Shown here one piece after another: positions 10,693-23,400 of a stretch of 64,000 bases of DNA. Location of the stretch: the NCBI RefSeq assembly GCF_032118995.1, contig NC_092653.1:7187031-7251030 (forward strand), in the 5' to 3' direction. The notes under the pieces were generated by a model. The model did not search any database and was not told where the DNA came from. It was given only the letters and a program-made list of their open reading frames with translations. The DNA is from Asterias amurensis (Eukaryota). Position 1 is the first letter of the stretch. Every line of letters begins with the position of its first letter. The position numbers were made by a program, and so were the translations under genes.

Positions 10693-11418
10693 GATGCCTT
10701 GCTACTCTTTCTACAAGCAAAATTACCAGAGAAATAAGGGCTAGAGTCCCAAACATGTGTCCATGAATTAGCAAATGTGTGAATACAAAGTACTTCAGAA
10801 TTCGCTGCGAAACCAAGTTATTATTGAAATGAATAAACAGAAAAGCACCCTTTCAATGTCACAACATTCTCATCATCAACTTTAACCTCACTCTGAGAGG
10901 TCAAGTCACAAATGCTAAAACAACCATTTCCTTCATTTTCTGGTAAAACTTTGTTACGCTTATATAAGAGATTACTTTTTCAACAAAATAAAAAAAATTG
11001 TATGGAACAAGAACAAAGTATGAATTTAAGTCAATGCAGTAAAAAAGAAAACAAAAACAAAAACCAGTACCATTTTCTCCACAAGCAATTACAAAAAATA
11101 CTTAAGTAAAACACTAAGTATGCCGATGTATGGAAGAGGGGAGGGATGATCCTAAATGCTTCAACCGAGGTCCACAAATAAAAGCGTGGTCTCTACAAGG
11201 TTAAGATGGTCGGGCAAAATGAAGACCACGCCCGACCACGTCCCAACCACGCCCAGTATAAGAGTCAACTGCTTCTGTTTCTCCAACACACCAAGATGCC
11301 TCAGTCATCTTTCAACTGTTACACAGTCACATTTTTTACACATTATAACAAAAATAAATACCTGCTCTATTTTTCAAACTTTGCAGGAAACTCTCTGAAC
11401 TTTCATAGCAGACACTTT

Positions 11419-11469
11419 TTAAAGCTCTTCAAAGAAGGCAACCCTTGCTTTAGTTGAACCAGATTTTAT
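11419..11469 (-). CDS. NF2: NF2 exon 15, terminal ([16 protein letters not shown])
   Basis: Acceptor ttttcag|ATA, TAA stop. The RVAFFEEL C-terminus is diagnostic of merlin. Confidence 0.85.
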   Translation of the reverse strand: MKSGSTKARVAFFEEL

Positions 11470-14400
11470 CTGAAAAGCAAATAATAAAAAATTAAATTAA
11501 ACATGTTGATATAAACACTAATACTTTTGTTTTGGGGATGTAATATACGACACACTTCGCTCGGTGACGAAACCTGAACCAAAGGTGCTGGGATGGGCTG
11601 AAACTCTGGACCCAAGCTCTGGTGTTGTCAGCAGGAGAGTGTGGGTTCGAATCCCAGTCAGGACAAAACAGTATTGCTTAGCAGAAACAGGGTACCAGCC
11701 AAAATCACATTAGTTTTGCATTATTGAGGCTGGTGCCCAACTCAATTTCTGCCTAGCAAATAAACTTGTAAAAAAGTAATAACTTTGCGAAATTGGGCTC
11801 AGGTAGCTTCATGATGGGATATTCAAAGAAGTCGATAACACAATTCAAAATAAACTTACCCTGACGAGAGTAATGTACTTGGTCTCTCCCCTGTCGATCA
11901 GCTCATTGTGTATTCGATCAAACTCCGTCTCCTTCTCCTCGACCTTCATGACTTCAATCTCCGACTTGAGCTCGTTCAGCTGCAACTGAAGATGTCTGCT
12001 CTTCTCCAGGTAGTCCACCCTGCAGGACGAGACGATCAGACACTGATAATAATTATAATAATAATAGCGCGCATATCCATCACTAAGTGACGCTCAAGGC
12101 GCTTTAACATACAGTATTTTCCTGCAAGGTATGTGCGACTACATAGCGTCCCGTGCCTGGGTGGTTAAGAGCACCGCCCTCAAGCTCAGGAAATAACCCA
12201 CTCCACACACGCAACTGCTGTGGTGCCCTGTGTTTTTGCAAAGTTCCAATACAAATTAGAGTTTTCCTCATAGAAGTGCCCCTAACAAGAGGAAAATGTA
12301 TGTGCCCCTTCAAGAATGGAAACATTACTAGACAATATAATCCTGATAAAATAGAATAAACTGCTGAAAACTGCTTCCCAACCAAATTATGGTACAAATG
12401 CAAACAAAAGTTAGTGGCCTGACGTTTTAAACTAAAGTGAAGGTACACGTTTGGTAATTACTCAAAACAAATATTAACTTAAAAACTGACTTGGTAATGA
12501 GCATTGGAGAGCTGTTGATGGTATAAAAGATTGTGAGAAACGGCTCCCTGTGAAGTAGCATAGATAAAAGAGGTAATTTCTCACTCAAATAACAAAAGAC
12601 TTCTAGCCAGAAGTCTTTTATTCCTTTCTGAAAGCACACAAATTTGTCCAACAAGGGTGTTTTTTCTTTCATCATTTTCTCGCAAATTCGATGACCAATT
12701 TAGCTCAAATTTTCACAGGCTTGGTATTTTATGCTTATGTTGGGATACACCAAGTGAGAAGACTGGTCTTTGAAAATTACCAAACGTGTACCTTCCTTTT
12801 AACCCTAGCAGAGTTATCAACCCTAGTAGTCTTTCTCTGAGGCTAAATGACAACAGAACACATGAATAGGTATAAGTGGAAAAACATAAATAAAGAGAGA
12901 GAGAGAGATTCAGAAAGCACACAGCAAAACACAATCGAAACCTATATACCTTTCTTTTTCAATTTCTTTGGATAGTTTCTCCACATCCCCATCTGTCATC
13001 AGTTCATATGAGTTGCTCTCGCTCTCGATCGCAAAGTCGCCGTCAAGTTGTAGCTTTTCTAGCTCGGAGCTTGTTATAACATGTGCGGACGTGAACTGTT
13101 TGAAAAATAGACACAACATCAGGATGAGTACACATAGTATGAGAAATCATTGCAACGAGTATGTTACTGGAAGAATAATGGCACACCATTGGTTCAATTT
13201 GGAGAGTACATAAATTTGTATTTTATAAGAATTTTCGTTGTAGACCTGAAACTTTTTTGAACAAAAAGTTCTACTAGTCTTGAGAATAGATTAAACCACT
13301 AAATGTGATTGGTGAGTTATTGCATATCGTGCATTAATTTAATGAATCTGGGTATGGGTACAATATTTGTTGCTTAAAAAGTGGCACACTACAGCGACAA
13401 CGAGAACGCTAACAATAATGATGCAAAGAGAACGCATTCTATTGGTTGAAATGCTCCAAGCAGAATACGCCCAAGCTCATTCATAACCAATCGAGGGCGA
13501 TCATTTTTATCGTTTTCATTTTCGTCCTGTATGACCGGGCTTTTACCCTCCCCCTCTATTAGGTCTTCATTGTGTTCTGGGAATCTCAGAAATTCTTAAA
13601 GGAACATTACAGAATTGGTAAGAAAACAAAATCGTGAAGATCACAGATTTACATCAAACTTACACGGTCGAATGATGATGATAGTAAAAAACATCCCTTG
13701 AAATATTTCTGCCTGAAATGCCATATTTGATGAAAAATAAGTAATTTAACTTTGCGTTTGGAGTTTATCGCTCAGTGAGCGTTTTATTCATTCTTATTTT
13801 GGCATCAAAGCAATGCAAAATTTGTAATCGGTTTTTTACTCTATTCTCATGACCCAGATGGCCGATCGATCTCAAACTTCTACAGGTTTGTCAGTTTGTG
13901 TATATGGTGGATTACATAAGTGCTTACAATGCCAGCAACTGTTTTGTTAGCAAAAACCAACTCTGTAATGTTCCTTTAAGAGGATTTGAGGGGAGTACTT
14001 CTGAACAAGAGGACAAGTTAAAGTATGTGAGCATTTTGGGAGGACACCCTGTATAGGCAACAACTGTTGGCCAATGGTAATTAGCATGGCTAATAGACCC
14101 TTCGCATGCGTACAGACCCTATTGATTGGTGCACTCAATTGCATCTGCGTCACGCCGACATGCGCTGCACTCAAAACGTTAGTGAGCATGGGCTATGTGC
14201 TATTTACATATTCCATGGGAAGGGTCTTTTGTCTAAAAGTAGTGCTCACAGAAGCATAGGGGTAGTTTAGGAAAAGTACTCACATCTAGTAGTGGTAATT
14301 TAGTGACTTGGATAAGTTTCTCCTTTGCATTTTTCTCTGCCTCTCTGGCTCGGACCAGTTGCTCTTTTAACCTCTCTGCCTCCATAGCTCTGAAGAAAGA

Positions 14401-17400
14401 ATTTTTTTATTATCACAAATTGTAGATCACAACAAGCCACAATTAGAACCAGTAAAATAAAAACCATGACATAGTTCCCAAAGAACAAAATATACATAGC
14501 AAAGTAGATATATATACACATTGTGTTACCCCGCAGTACCTCAAAAACTACATATTGAATGTTTTTCTTTTGTTGAACAGAAAAAAAATTAATTTGACTT
14601 GTAAAAAGCTAGAATTTTAGCGACGCGATGATGGGTGCCGTTTTTTCCATTCAACGCAAAAAAAATTGCTTTTTGCTTTCGCATGAATTATGAACCAGAA
14701 CCATTTATTTGTGTACTGTTTACCTTCTGTCTGATTCCTCGGCCAACCTTGTTGCAATCATCTCAGCTTCATGAGCTTTCATCTCCATCATTCGCCTCTC
14801 TTCTTCTGTCTATAGTAGGGCGGCAAACAGATATAACAATTAAGACAATGAACACCTTTCAGAGGACATTTTCTAACATTATCAAGAGCGAGTTTTGGCA
14901 ACCCTAACCAGAAACATGTTTGAGCTTTGGTAATTGGACGAGCGTTTTCGCGTGTTCGTTTGAACCGCTGTTCTGACCAAACCGTAACGGACTTGTTGGC
15001 TCGGTTAGGCTTGGTTTTAAAACTGGGTCTTCAATGGCTATTCACACCAGGGCCCAATTTCATAGCGCTGCTTAACAGTAAGTAAATTTTCGTGCTTACT
15101 TTAGCAGAAAAATTTGCTAGGGTGCAGGCGTATTTCACAGGTTAGCAGAAAAATTGGGTGGCCATATTGCGTGTTTACCATGGATTTGCATTGTGACATC
15201 ATTTATTTTAGTGTGATAAGCACCAAAAGGTTAGCATGCCTTACCGAGTGCTTACGGTTAGCAGCGCTATGAAATGGAAATCGCACAGTAAGCACAAAAT
15301 CGGCCGCTAAGCAGTGCTATGAAATTGGGCCCTGGCAGTGTCTAGGCAGTGCAATAATAGCCTGTACCCTGATGCGGTATATCTCAGACTTAGCTTGGTG
15401 AGCCTTCTGCGCAAGGAGCATCGCTTCCTCTTAAGGAAGCCTTAAACAGCCAATTAAAACGGGCAGTGTCTAGGCAGTGCGATAAAGGACCAATCATTCT
15501 CACCTTGATAGCCTGTACCCTGATGCGGTTTATCTCAGACTCAGCTTGGTTAGCCTTCTGCGCAAGGAGCATCGCTTCCTCTTAAGGAAGTCTTAAACAG
15601 CCAATTAAAACCGGCAGTGTCTAGGCAGTGCGATAAAGGACCAATCATTCTCACCTTGATAGCTTGTACCCTGATGCGGTTTATCTCAGACTCAGCTTGG
15701 TTAGCCTTCTGTGCAAGGAGCATCGCTTCCTCCTCAGCTACCTGTGCCTTCTCCCCTAACAACTCTGCCGTCTCCTCCGACCTCATCTGTAAACCGAAGG
15801 AACAAACCAAAAATCCTTCTACTGACTGATCGTTCACTGTGGTTTTGAATGACCCATTTACTTATTTTTTAATTCAATGCTAAAATACTGTATGTAATGT
15901 GTATGTAATAGGGATGATAACGACCTTGATTACTGTTGTACACTGGTTTGTATCCTGACTTTTCATGTTTGTCATTTGTCTGTCCATCCATAGGCCGGGG
16001 GAAAAATTCTGTTGCTTCACCCCGAACCTAGACGTTGCCATTTGTTAAAAGTGCACTTTTAAATCAATTTTCTGTACTGTTAATTTTGATTATAACAGTT
16101 TTTACTATTCTGTGATTTATGGCAGCATTTAAATAAATGCAAACCTAAGCTATGCCAGTGTGCCTTGCGATCTGCAAATAGTCATGTGCATCCCCATGCC
16201 AGTGACAGAAGATGGTGAAAGTAAAACATTTTGGGGATCACTGTGGTCCCACAGACATTGCTTAATTGCGTCAAGGAAATAAATGTGCACACTCTTATGG
16301 GTCCCAATGTTGGAAGTTGTGCATTGATTACAGAATGTAAGGAATATATCTCACCAGGGCATCATGAGCGAGTCTGGCCTCGTCCCTGAAGTGGACCAAC
16401 TGTTTCTCCATGTCCTCTTTATCTCTCTCTGCTTGCTCCCGTAACTGTCTCTCTCTCATCAGCTTATGTCTTTCAATCTGATCGAGAAGATCATGAAAGG
16501 TTACTTTTTAAGTTTCTAGGTTCAGTGGAGTTCATACTTTCCTGCAAATGCGAATGCGAAGCAAATGTTGACGTCACAAATTCGCAACGAATACTTCGCA
16601 GCAGTTCAACTCTGTTCAACTCACTTGCGAGTATCGCTGCGAAAAGAAGGTTGTGATGTCAAATTCTTGTCAAATTCGCATCGCATTCTCATTCACAGGA
16701 AGTATGAACTGGGCTTAAATCTCTTCGAAGGACAAGAGAGGGTGATTTAGTGTTCCTGGTAAACTAGATCATTTTCTGCTTGGTGTTGCATTTCAATCTT
16801 CTTTATCAATCTTTTTTTTTCAGTTTGGGGCTTAAGTAAACCCGATGGGGATGGGGGTGGGAGGGGGGGGGGTTGTAAGGTTACTCTCAGCACATGACCA
16901 ACCCTGTTAATCAATGTTACTCACCAATTTTCATCAAATACTGAAAAAACTTTCAATTCGTTTATTTCAAATCAATTTCATACTTTTCCAAATCAAAATA
17001 AACATGGGTCAATCAATCAGATCAGTTTGTGGTGATTTTTCTTGAGAAAAAAAAGAGTTTAAAGGAAAATAACTGTTTTAAAGAATAATAGCTCTCTGCA
17101 CTAATGTGGATGACGTCACTTTTGCTCAAAATACCTGGCTATCAGACAAAAATTCCACAACTTTAAGAAATCATCGCATCATTGACAAGACAAACTTCTC
17201 TAGAAGTGTATAAAACTTGGTACATGTACGCACATGTATCTTCATGAAATTTGAGACGTTTATCTGAGATCCGGGTAATTGGCCTCTGTTTTTAGCATTA
17301 GTACGAGAGCTATCGACGAGACTTACATGTCTTTTGGCTTTCTCTTCTTTGGCTTGTGCTTTCATCTGTTGGACCTCCATCGTGTCTGCCCTCCTCCTCT

Positions 17401-20400
17401 GCATAAACAGCTCATGGTTGCCGACACAAAGATCCAAAATCTGATTGCAGAATTATATTTTCAAAGTTAACGATAAGACACATTCTTGACAGAACATACC
17501 AATAGATAAATCACTTGCATTGGCTGCCATTCTACAAATTTCGTCAGTTGATGCAAATTCGCCCCAAACAAAGCTAAAAGCTACTCTTGGCTAAGGGTTG
17601 CTAATAGAAAAAATTTAGGATGAAAATAACTCGGGAGAGCTATAGGTAAGTATCCCTTGCATCGATCGCTATTTTAAAACTACTTTTTCTCAATGCAAGT
17701 TTGCACCAAATAAAGCTACTCTAGGTAAGGAGCTACAAATAAAAACAAAATTTACAATAACACTCTAAATTTCCCTCCTGACAACAACTGACAACACTCA
17801 CCAATTTATTAAGTCGTAACCTAGGCGATATGAAACAAAAGTCCGGTGATTTCTTGTCGATCGGCTTGATGGTGAACTACAAGGAGAGAGACAGACAGGA
17901 AAAAAGCTTAGAATTTATCCAGTAGAGACAGAAAATGATTCTTTCCCTTGTATGCCAATTACATTTATGCATGCGTACAGATACCACTGGCTGGCAAACA
18001 CCATAGAGAGACTGCTAGGTCATTCCGATGGCCGTAAAGCCGATGGCCCGCGTGTTTTGCAATGCACGTAAAAGAACTCAGTGCACTTTATTGTGCAGGG
18101 AAGGGGTTCGCTCGGTGTTCATGGTTTTATTGGCAGCATATTGCACCACAGCACCTTGTAAACAATTACATGGTGCTGTAAAAAAAAAGGTTTCATACTT
18201 GAAAACCTAGCTCCTAATACCTTGAAGAAAATACTGAGCGCCTTGACACGCCCCTAGGGGTTTATAAAGCACTATATAAGAACCCAATGATTATTAATGT
18301 TATCATTATTACCTTCTTGTCTTTGTAGGATACATTCCTGATTTCACTCCAGGGAAACGATATCTTTGGTACCAATTTGTTGTCTATTTCATACACGTTC
18401 AGACCCATTGCATCTACACCAAGGTATAAGTCTGTTCCTTTCTCGTTCTGTAGGAAAAACAATCAATCAAGCAAGATTGTATAAATCTCAGCATCACGAT
18501 TACGGTAAGCCCGGGCGACTAGTGGGACTAGTGTCGTAGTCGCGACTATTGATTGATTAGTCGAGACGTAACTACCGTTTAACAACTACCTTCCACCTCG
18601 ACTACTGCTAATTGGTTTGGTGAACCAATTGTGTCGCTATTCACAACAACATAATTTACCTACAAAAACAATCAGACATCAGTGACACAATCCTTCAATC
18701 CTTTTAGCTTGAATTTTATGATATTTCGCCTGCAGCAAACATTGCCACAATGCATCTTGAGAATTAAAAATTAGTTCAGACTTTTTCAGGTGCAACTAGT
18801 CGAGTAGCAAATTTCACAAGTCGGCCAGGCCTAGATTATGGTGGGGTTGCCTTTCACCTCGGTGGAACCCAGTTCGAATCCAGGACCCGAGCCTTGCATC
18901 ACGTGGATGAGGTTTGGGGGCTTTCCTCCCAGATTTAAAACTGACATTTTTTCATCCTCTTTTCTACACTGGTATATTCAGGCCTACAAGTTATACTGCT
19001 GATCACTTTTGAGGGTCCCTTGGTTTTATTTACTACAAAAATATATTAGAGTTGACTTGCCTTTATTTCAAAATAGTTGACGCCGTACATTTCTAGGTCT
19101 TGTGTGATCTTTAAGTACTCCATCTCAGCTTCATCTCTGTGGTAACAACAAGAGCAAAACAGTCAATTCTACGAAACACAGTTAAAACTCTGAAATGGTC
19201 ACCAGTGTTACACATAGTGTGTAGCCAAAATGGCACAGCAGTGTTGTAACTAATTGCAAAAAGTCTGTCAGAGGTTCCAGTTTTCAGTCAATTGCTACTG
19301 TGGATTAATTTTGGCACGACCTTACTTTCCAAAGATCAAAAATATTTGTTCTTCTAAAAAATGAATAGTATATCTTGCAAACACAGCCATAGCTCAGGCC
19401 AAACAAGTTCCCTCCACCCCCCCCCCCCCTTGGCTTTATTAGTTTGTCAACTTCCAACACCCAAGGGAGCTGATCGACTGTCCACCTGAATTCATCCATT
19501 ATTATATTATATTTGTAAAATGACTGCTCATGCAAAAAGTTCCCTGCCATCCCACACACAACTGATTCGAAATTCAGTTCCAAATAAACACCACTGATAC
19601 CCACTAACCGAATGTCATGTTTTTACCTCATGAGTCCCTGGTGTTCGGAGTACCACGCAGTAATTCTCTCCTCCCACATCTCGGCAGTCATGTCAAACTG
19701 TTCCACGACCCGCTGAGGAAGGAGTTCCTCACTCGCCAGGAACCCAGGATGGTGCATGTTGTGATCATAGTCCCCATACTAAAAGAAAATAGAAATTGTA
19801 ATTTCAGTAAACTACAATAGGCCTTTTTGACTTGGGTCCAATTTTCTTTTATAACCAGTGTAAAATAATAAACAGTATTTATACAGTCTCAGTGTTTGAG
19901 TTTAATATAAATGTGTTGAGTGAATGAGAATTCCCTGGAATATTGACTTACGTGGCTTCATATAGAGCTACACTGTAATAGTGTGTTATCAAGTGATGTA
20001 TGACATCAAAGTACAAGTCGAGCTACCGTTCACTGCTAATTTGCCTGTTTTTATCTTATTGAAAATCAATTGAACACAAATGAATAACCCATCAAAATTC
20101 ATCAAAATATAACAGTAAAACTCATCTGCGAAGCCTGGAGCTTCTAGAAATTAAAGTTAAAATTCGTATCACGAAAAATGATGAATGAAATATAAAAAAA
20201 GGGTGGTGATTCGGTCTTGAACCTTCGTTTAAACATTGCAGGGTCATATCAGTGCGATAAAGGACCTAGGCTTTGACTCGGCCATGAACATGCCAGTTTT
20301 AAACGTACATCAAGAGCTTGTCCCACTCTATTATTCCCTCGTTATTGAGCAAAAATCGGACACTTATTTGTTAACAATCTCATAATCTCACCTTGGCCTG

Positions 20401-23400
20401 AACAGCATAAGACGCCAATAAAACTGAGGCCTCCGGAGGGCAGTACACCTCCTCATTCAAGATCTGCTGCTTGACTTGAAGGAAGAATAGATGCTGGGTG
20501 ATCTCCTGGATCAACTCTTCGCTCACTTCCTCCGGATAAAACTTGGCTGCAAACAAGAACGGCATCGGGGACGTCTTAGGGATGCCTTGCTCTTGCACCT
20601 ATTGAGTGGGGAACAAAATTAGATTATAAATTGGTTTTTACCCATTACATGTACACCGATGTGTTTTAGCACCTTATACTCAGTACTTTCCTGAGTTTTG
20701 TGAAAAAATCACAGGCATGTTAATCGGGTGGGATTCGAACCCAAGACCCTTGCAATTCTAGAGCAGTGTCTTACCAACCAACTACACCAACGAGAATGCC
20801 TGAACTGCCTCTAGCTATTGGGCAATCTTGATGGTCTAGTTGGTAAGACACTGCTCTAGAATTGCAAAGGTCGCGGGATTGAACGCCTGTAATTTGTTTT
20901 CATAGAGCTCGCAGAAAGTATGAAGTATACAGTGCTAACACACATCGGTGTAAGGGTAAAAAGACAAATTTAAAATTAGATCAGTTTATCTTTTATTCAT
21001 AGCTTCTCGAGCGTTCAACATCATTGTTACACTTAAGTTACAAATAGAAAAAAGATCCATGCAATTTACAATTTTGCAATTGACTATTGGCATTGATATT
21101 TCTGACACAAGTATTTCTATGGTCCTCAGTGCCACGCCATCTACATGTAGTTTTCTAGCTGGAAAGGGAAAATCTGCACAAAAATATTGCAAATAGTTAC
21201 ACAAAAGTTCAACTTCAGTGTGGGACTGTCTATATGAGCGCATAGCTCACACAACCGATGTCAGTATGGCAGCCCACAGTCATGGCATTTTCTATAAATT
21301 TTCCAATGGAGGTGCCCTTTGCAAATAAAAATGGCCTTGCACTTTTAAAAATGAAATTCCAGGCCTGGAGAATATATCCGTTATTATCCTACTGCATGCA
21401 GGATAAACTCACTTTCTTATCCATCTTAAGCCAGCTGATGTATCCCTTGTGATCGATGAACCGCAGACCAAAGTACCAAGTTTCCCGTAACCCAATGGTT
21501 CTGGCCACCAGGTCAAATAATTGTCGGCCAGTTGCTTTCCACTTTGAAAACAGAAAAAAAACGAATATTCTTTAATCGTTGCAACAAAAACCTCTCAGGA
21601 ATTTGAGGGTTACTTTTACAATGTGTCTCACTGGGAAAAACTTGATATAATGAGAAGAATTTCAAAATGATTGCTGGGTTAAAATTTTGTCACATTTAGC
21701 TCAGGGCTTGAATTTTAGGGTAAAATAGGGCTAGTAGTAGCTCTAAAGCTTTACCGGACAAGAATCTAACTTACAAGAAAATAATCTTAACTTTGAGAAA
21801 GAACATTCTACACAATTTTACATGAAAATTGTTTTATTTGAGCAAGTGCTAAGAGAAGATTGATCTCACTTTGTCTTGTGGGTAAGTAGGCCTACAGTAC
21901 ACATAGGTCAATGTTTTGAAACTCAATAGACCTGATACTAAACAGACTCGAAAGCCAAATTTGAGCACAATTCATGTTTTTTAATTACACAGAAAAAAAC
22001 AAGAAGCTGGAACTGTCCAGTCATGATTTTACTTGTCATGCAAAAAATTTACCCAAGCACTGATCTCATTGTTTTGACATCCAGTGTTCAAGTGCAGTGG
22101 TGCCTGAGTTCCAGTCTCACTGGAAAACATTTATCAAGTCACCAGTTTTACTTCTTTATACCGCTTGTCAAAACCATGCCATGGAAAACAATGTTATCCA
22201 TGGAAAAAAATACCTCATGGACTTAACATAATAAATAACTGATACTAATATAGGCCTACTGTACCATCATTTTTTATCAGTGATTGTTTTGCTAAATAAA
22301 AGATGTTGCTGGTGAACTGTGGTTGCCGTTTAGGAAAAAAATTCAACCAAGTTCAATGGTGTTCACTTAGACAAAACAAAATATCAAACTGGTTGCAACC
22401 TTTACCCTGTGCACACACAAGATACAATGTTACTCAGCAGATAGCAATTTATTGAGTCTACAATGAAAGGATTTAATGTAAATTGTGGAATAGTGTCGTG
22501 GCCGAGCGGTTAAGAGCACCAAATATAAACTCCGAAATTTCTGATCAGCAGAGTGTGGGTTCGAATCCCCAGCCATGGCCATGACTGACACTTGTGTCCT
22601 TAATTAAAAGCAAGACACTTAACCATTGCTTCGTCCTTCGGATGGGACGTAAAGCTGTTGGTCACATGTGTTGTGTAAACGCATGCAAAAGACCCCAGTG
22701 CACGGGTTACCTCCCTCTAATTTTGGAGGGAGGTAGTGTTGATTTGTGTAATTCATAGACGTTAGTAAACCATTGTTTGTTATTGTATGAGAAAGGATGG
22801 CTTTTGCCAGCTTGGTGTTAACATGAATACATTGTATATTATCCCCTTTTGGGAGTTAGCCGAGTTCCCTTGGTTGGAAGGGAAGATCATTTAAACAGAC
22901 AAACATCAAACCAAATGAAAAGAAGAAAAAAACATTTCAGTTCATGGAATCATGGGAAAAGTTTCCGTATGGCGCCACCACTTTTTCATTCGAAATAAAA
23001 TAATATAGTATCTAATTTACCTGATTGATATCCCTTTTTGTAAAAATGAGTGAAAAAGTGGTGGTGCCATAGGGAAAGTTATCCGAATCATGTCATAAGA
23101 GCACCGAACTCAAGCTCTGATGCTTCTGTTCAGCATAGTGTTGGTTCGTGACAATTGTGTCCCTGAGCAAGACACTTAACTGTAATTGCTTCTCTCCACC
23201 CAGGGGTAAATTGGTACCTGTGAGGGCAGAGATGGTTCTTGTGAATGTGATTGATTTAGCCGAGTAGCGCATATTAATGTTGCACAGGCTGCATACTCCC
23301 CACCAGGGAGCTGAGATGGTTCAAGGAGTGAGTTAAGGCCCAGTGACCAGCGGGGTAATAATGTGAAGCGCTTTGGGACGCCCTCCGGGTGTGAAAAGCG

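Noticed and set aside
12104-12448. 114-aa minus-strand ORF in NF2 intron 13
   Set aside because: It overlaps a family-D-variant MITE and the AT-rich intron, with no homology. The ORF track starts appear to use GTG/TTG shown as M, which inflates spurious calls.
13380-13560. Possible extra NF2 exon (minus-strand stretch [34 protein letters not shown]) between exons 12 and 13
   Set aside because: There is no merlin homology and no phase-compatible splice-site pair. The merlin alignment is complete without it.
19305-19604. 99-aa minus-strand ORF spanning a C15 homopolymer in NF2 intron 4
   Set aside because: Low-complexity artefact (GGGGGG run) with no homology, inside an intron.
20700-20890. 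tRNA-like sequences (GGTTCGAATCC T-arm, D-arm-like TAGTTGGTAAG), also at 11560-11660, 18840-18960, 22500-22570, 25840-25880, 32730-32810 and 49790-49870
   Set aside because: All are embedded in longer repeated SINE bodies, are degenerate and lack a clean cloverleaf. I treat them as tRNA-derived SINE heads, not as tRNA genes.
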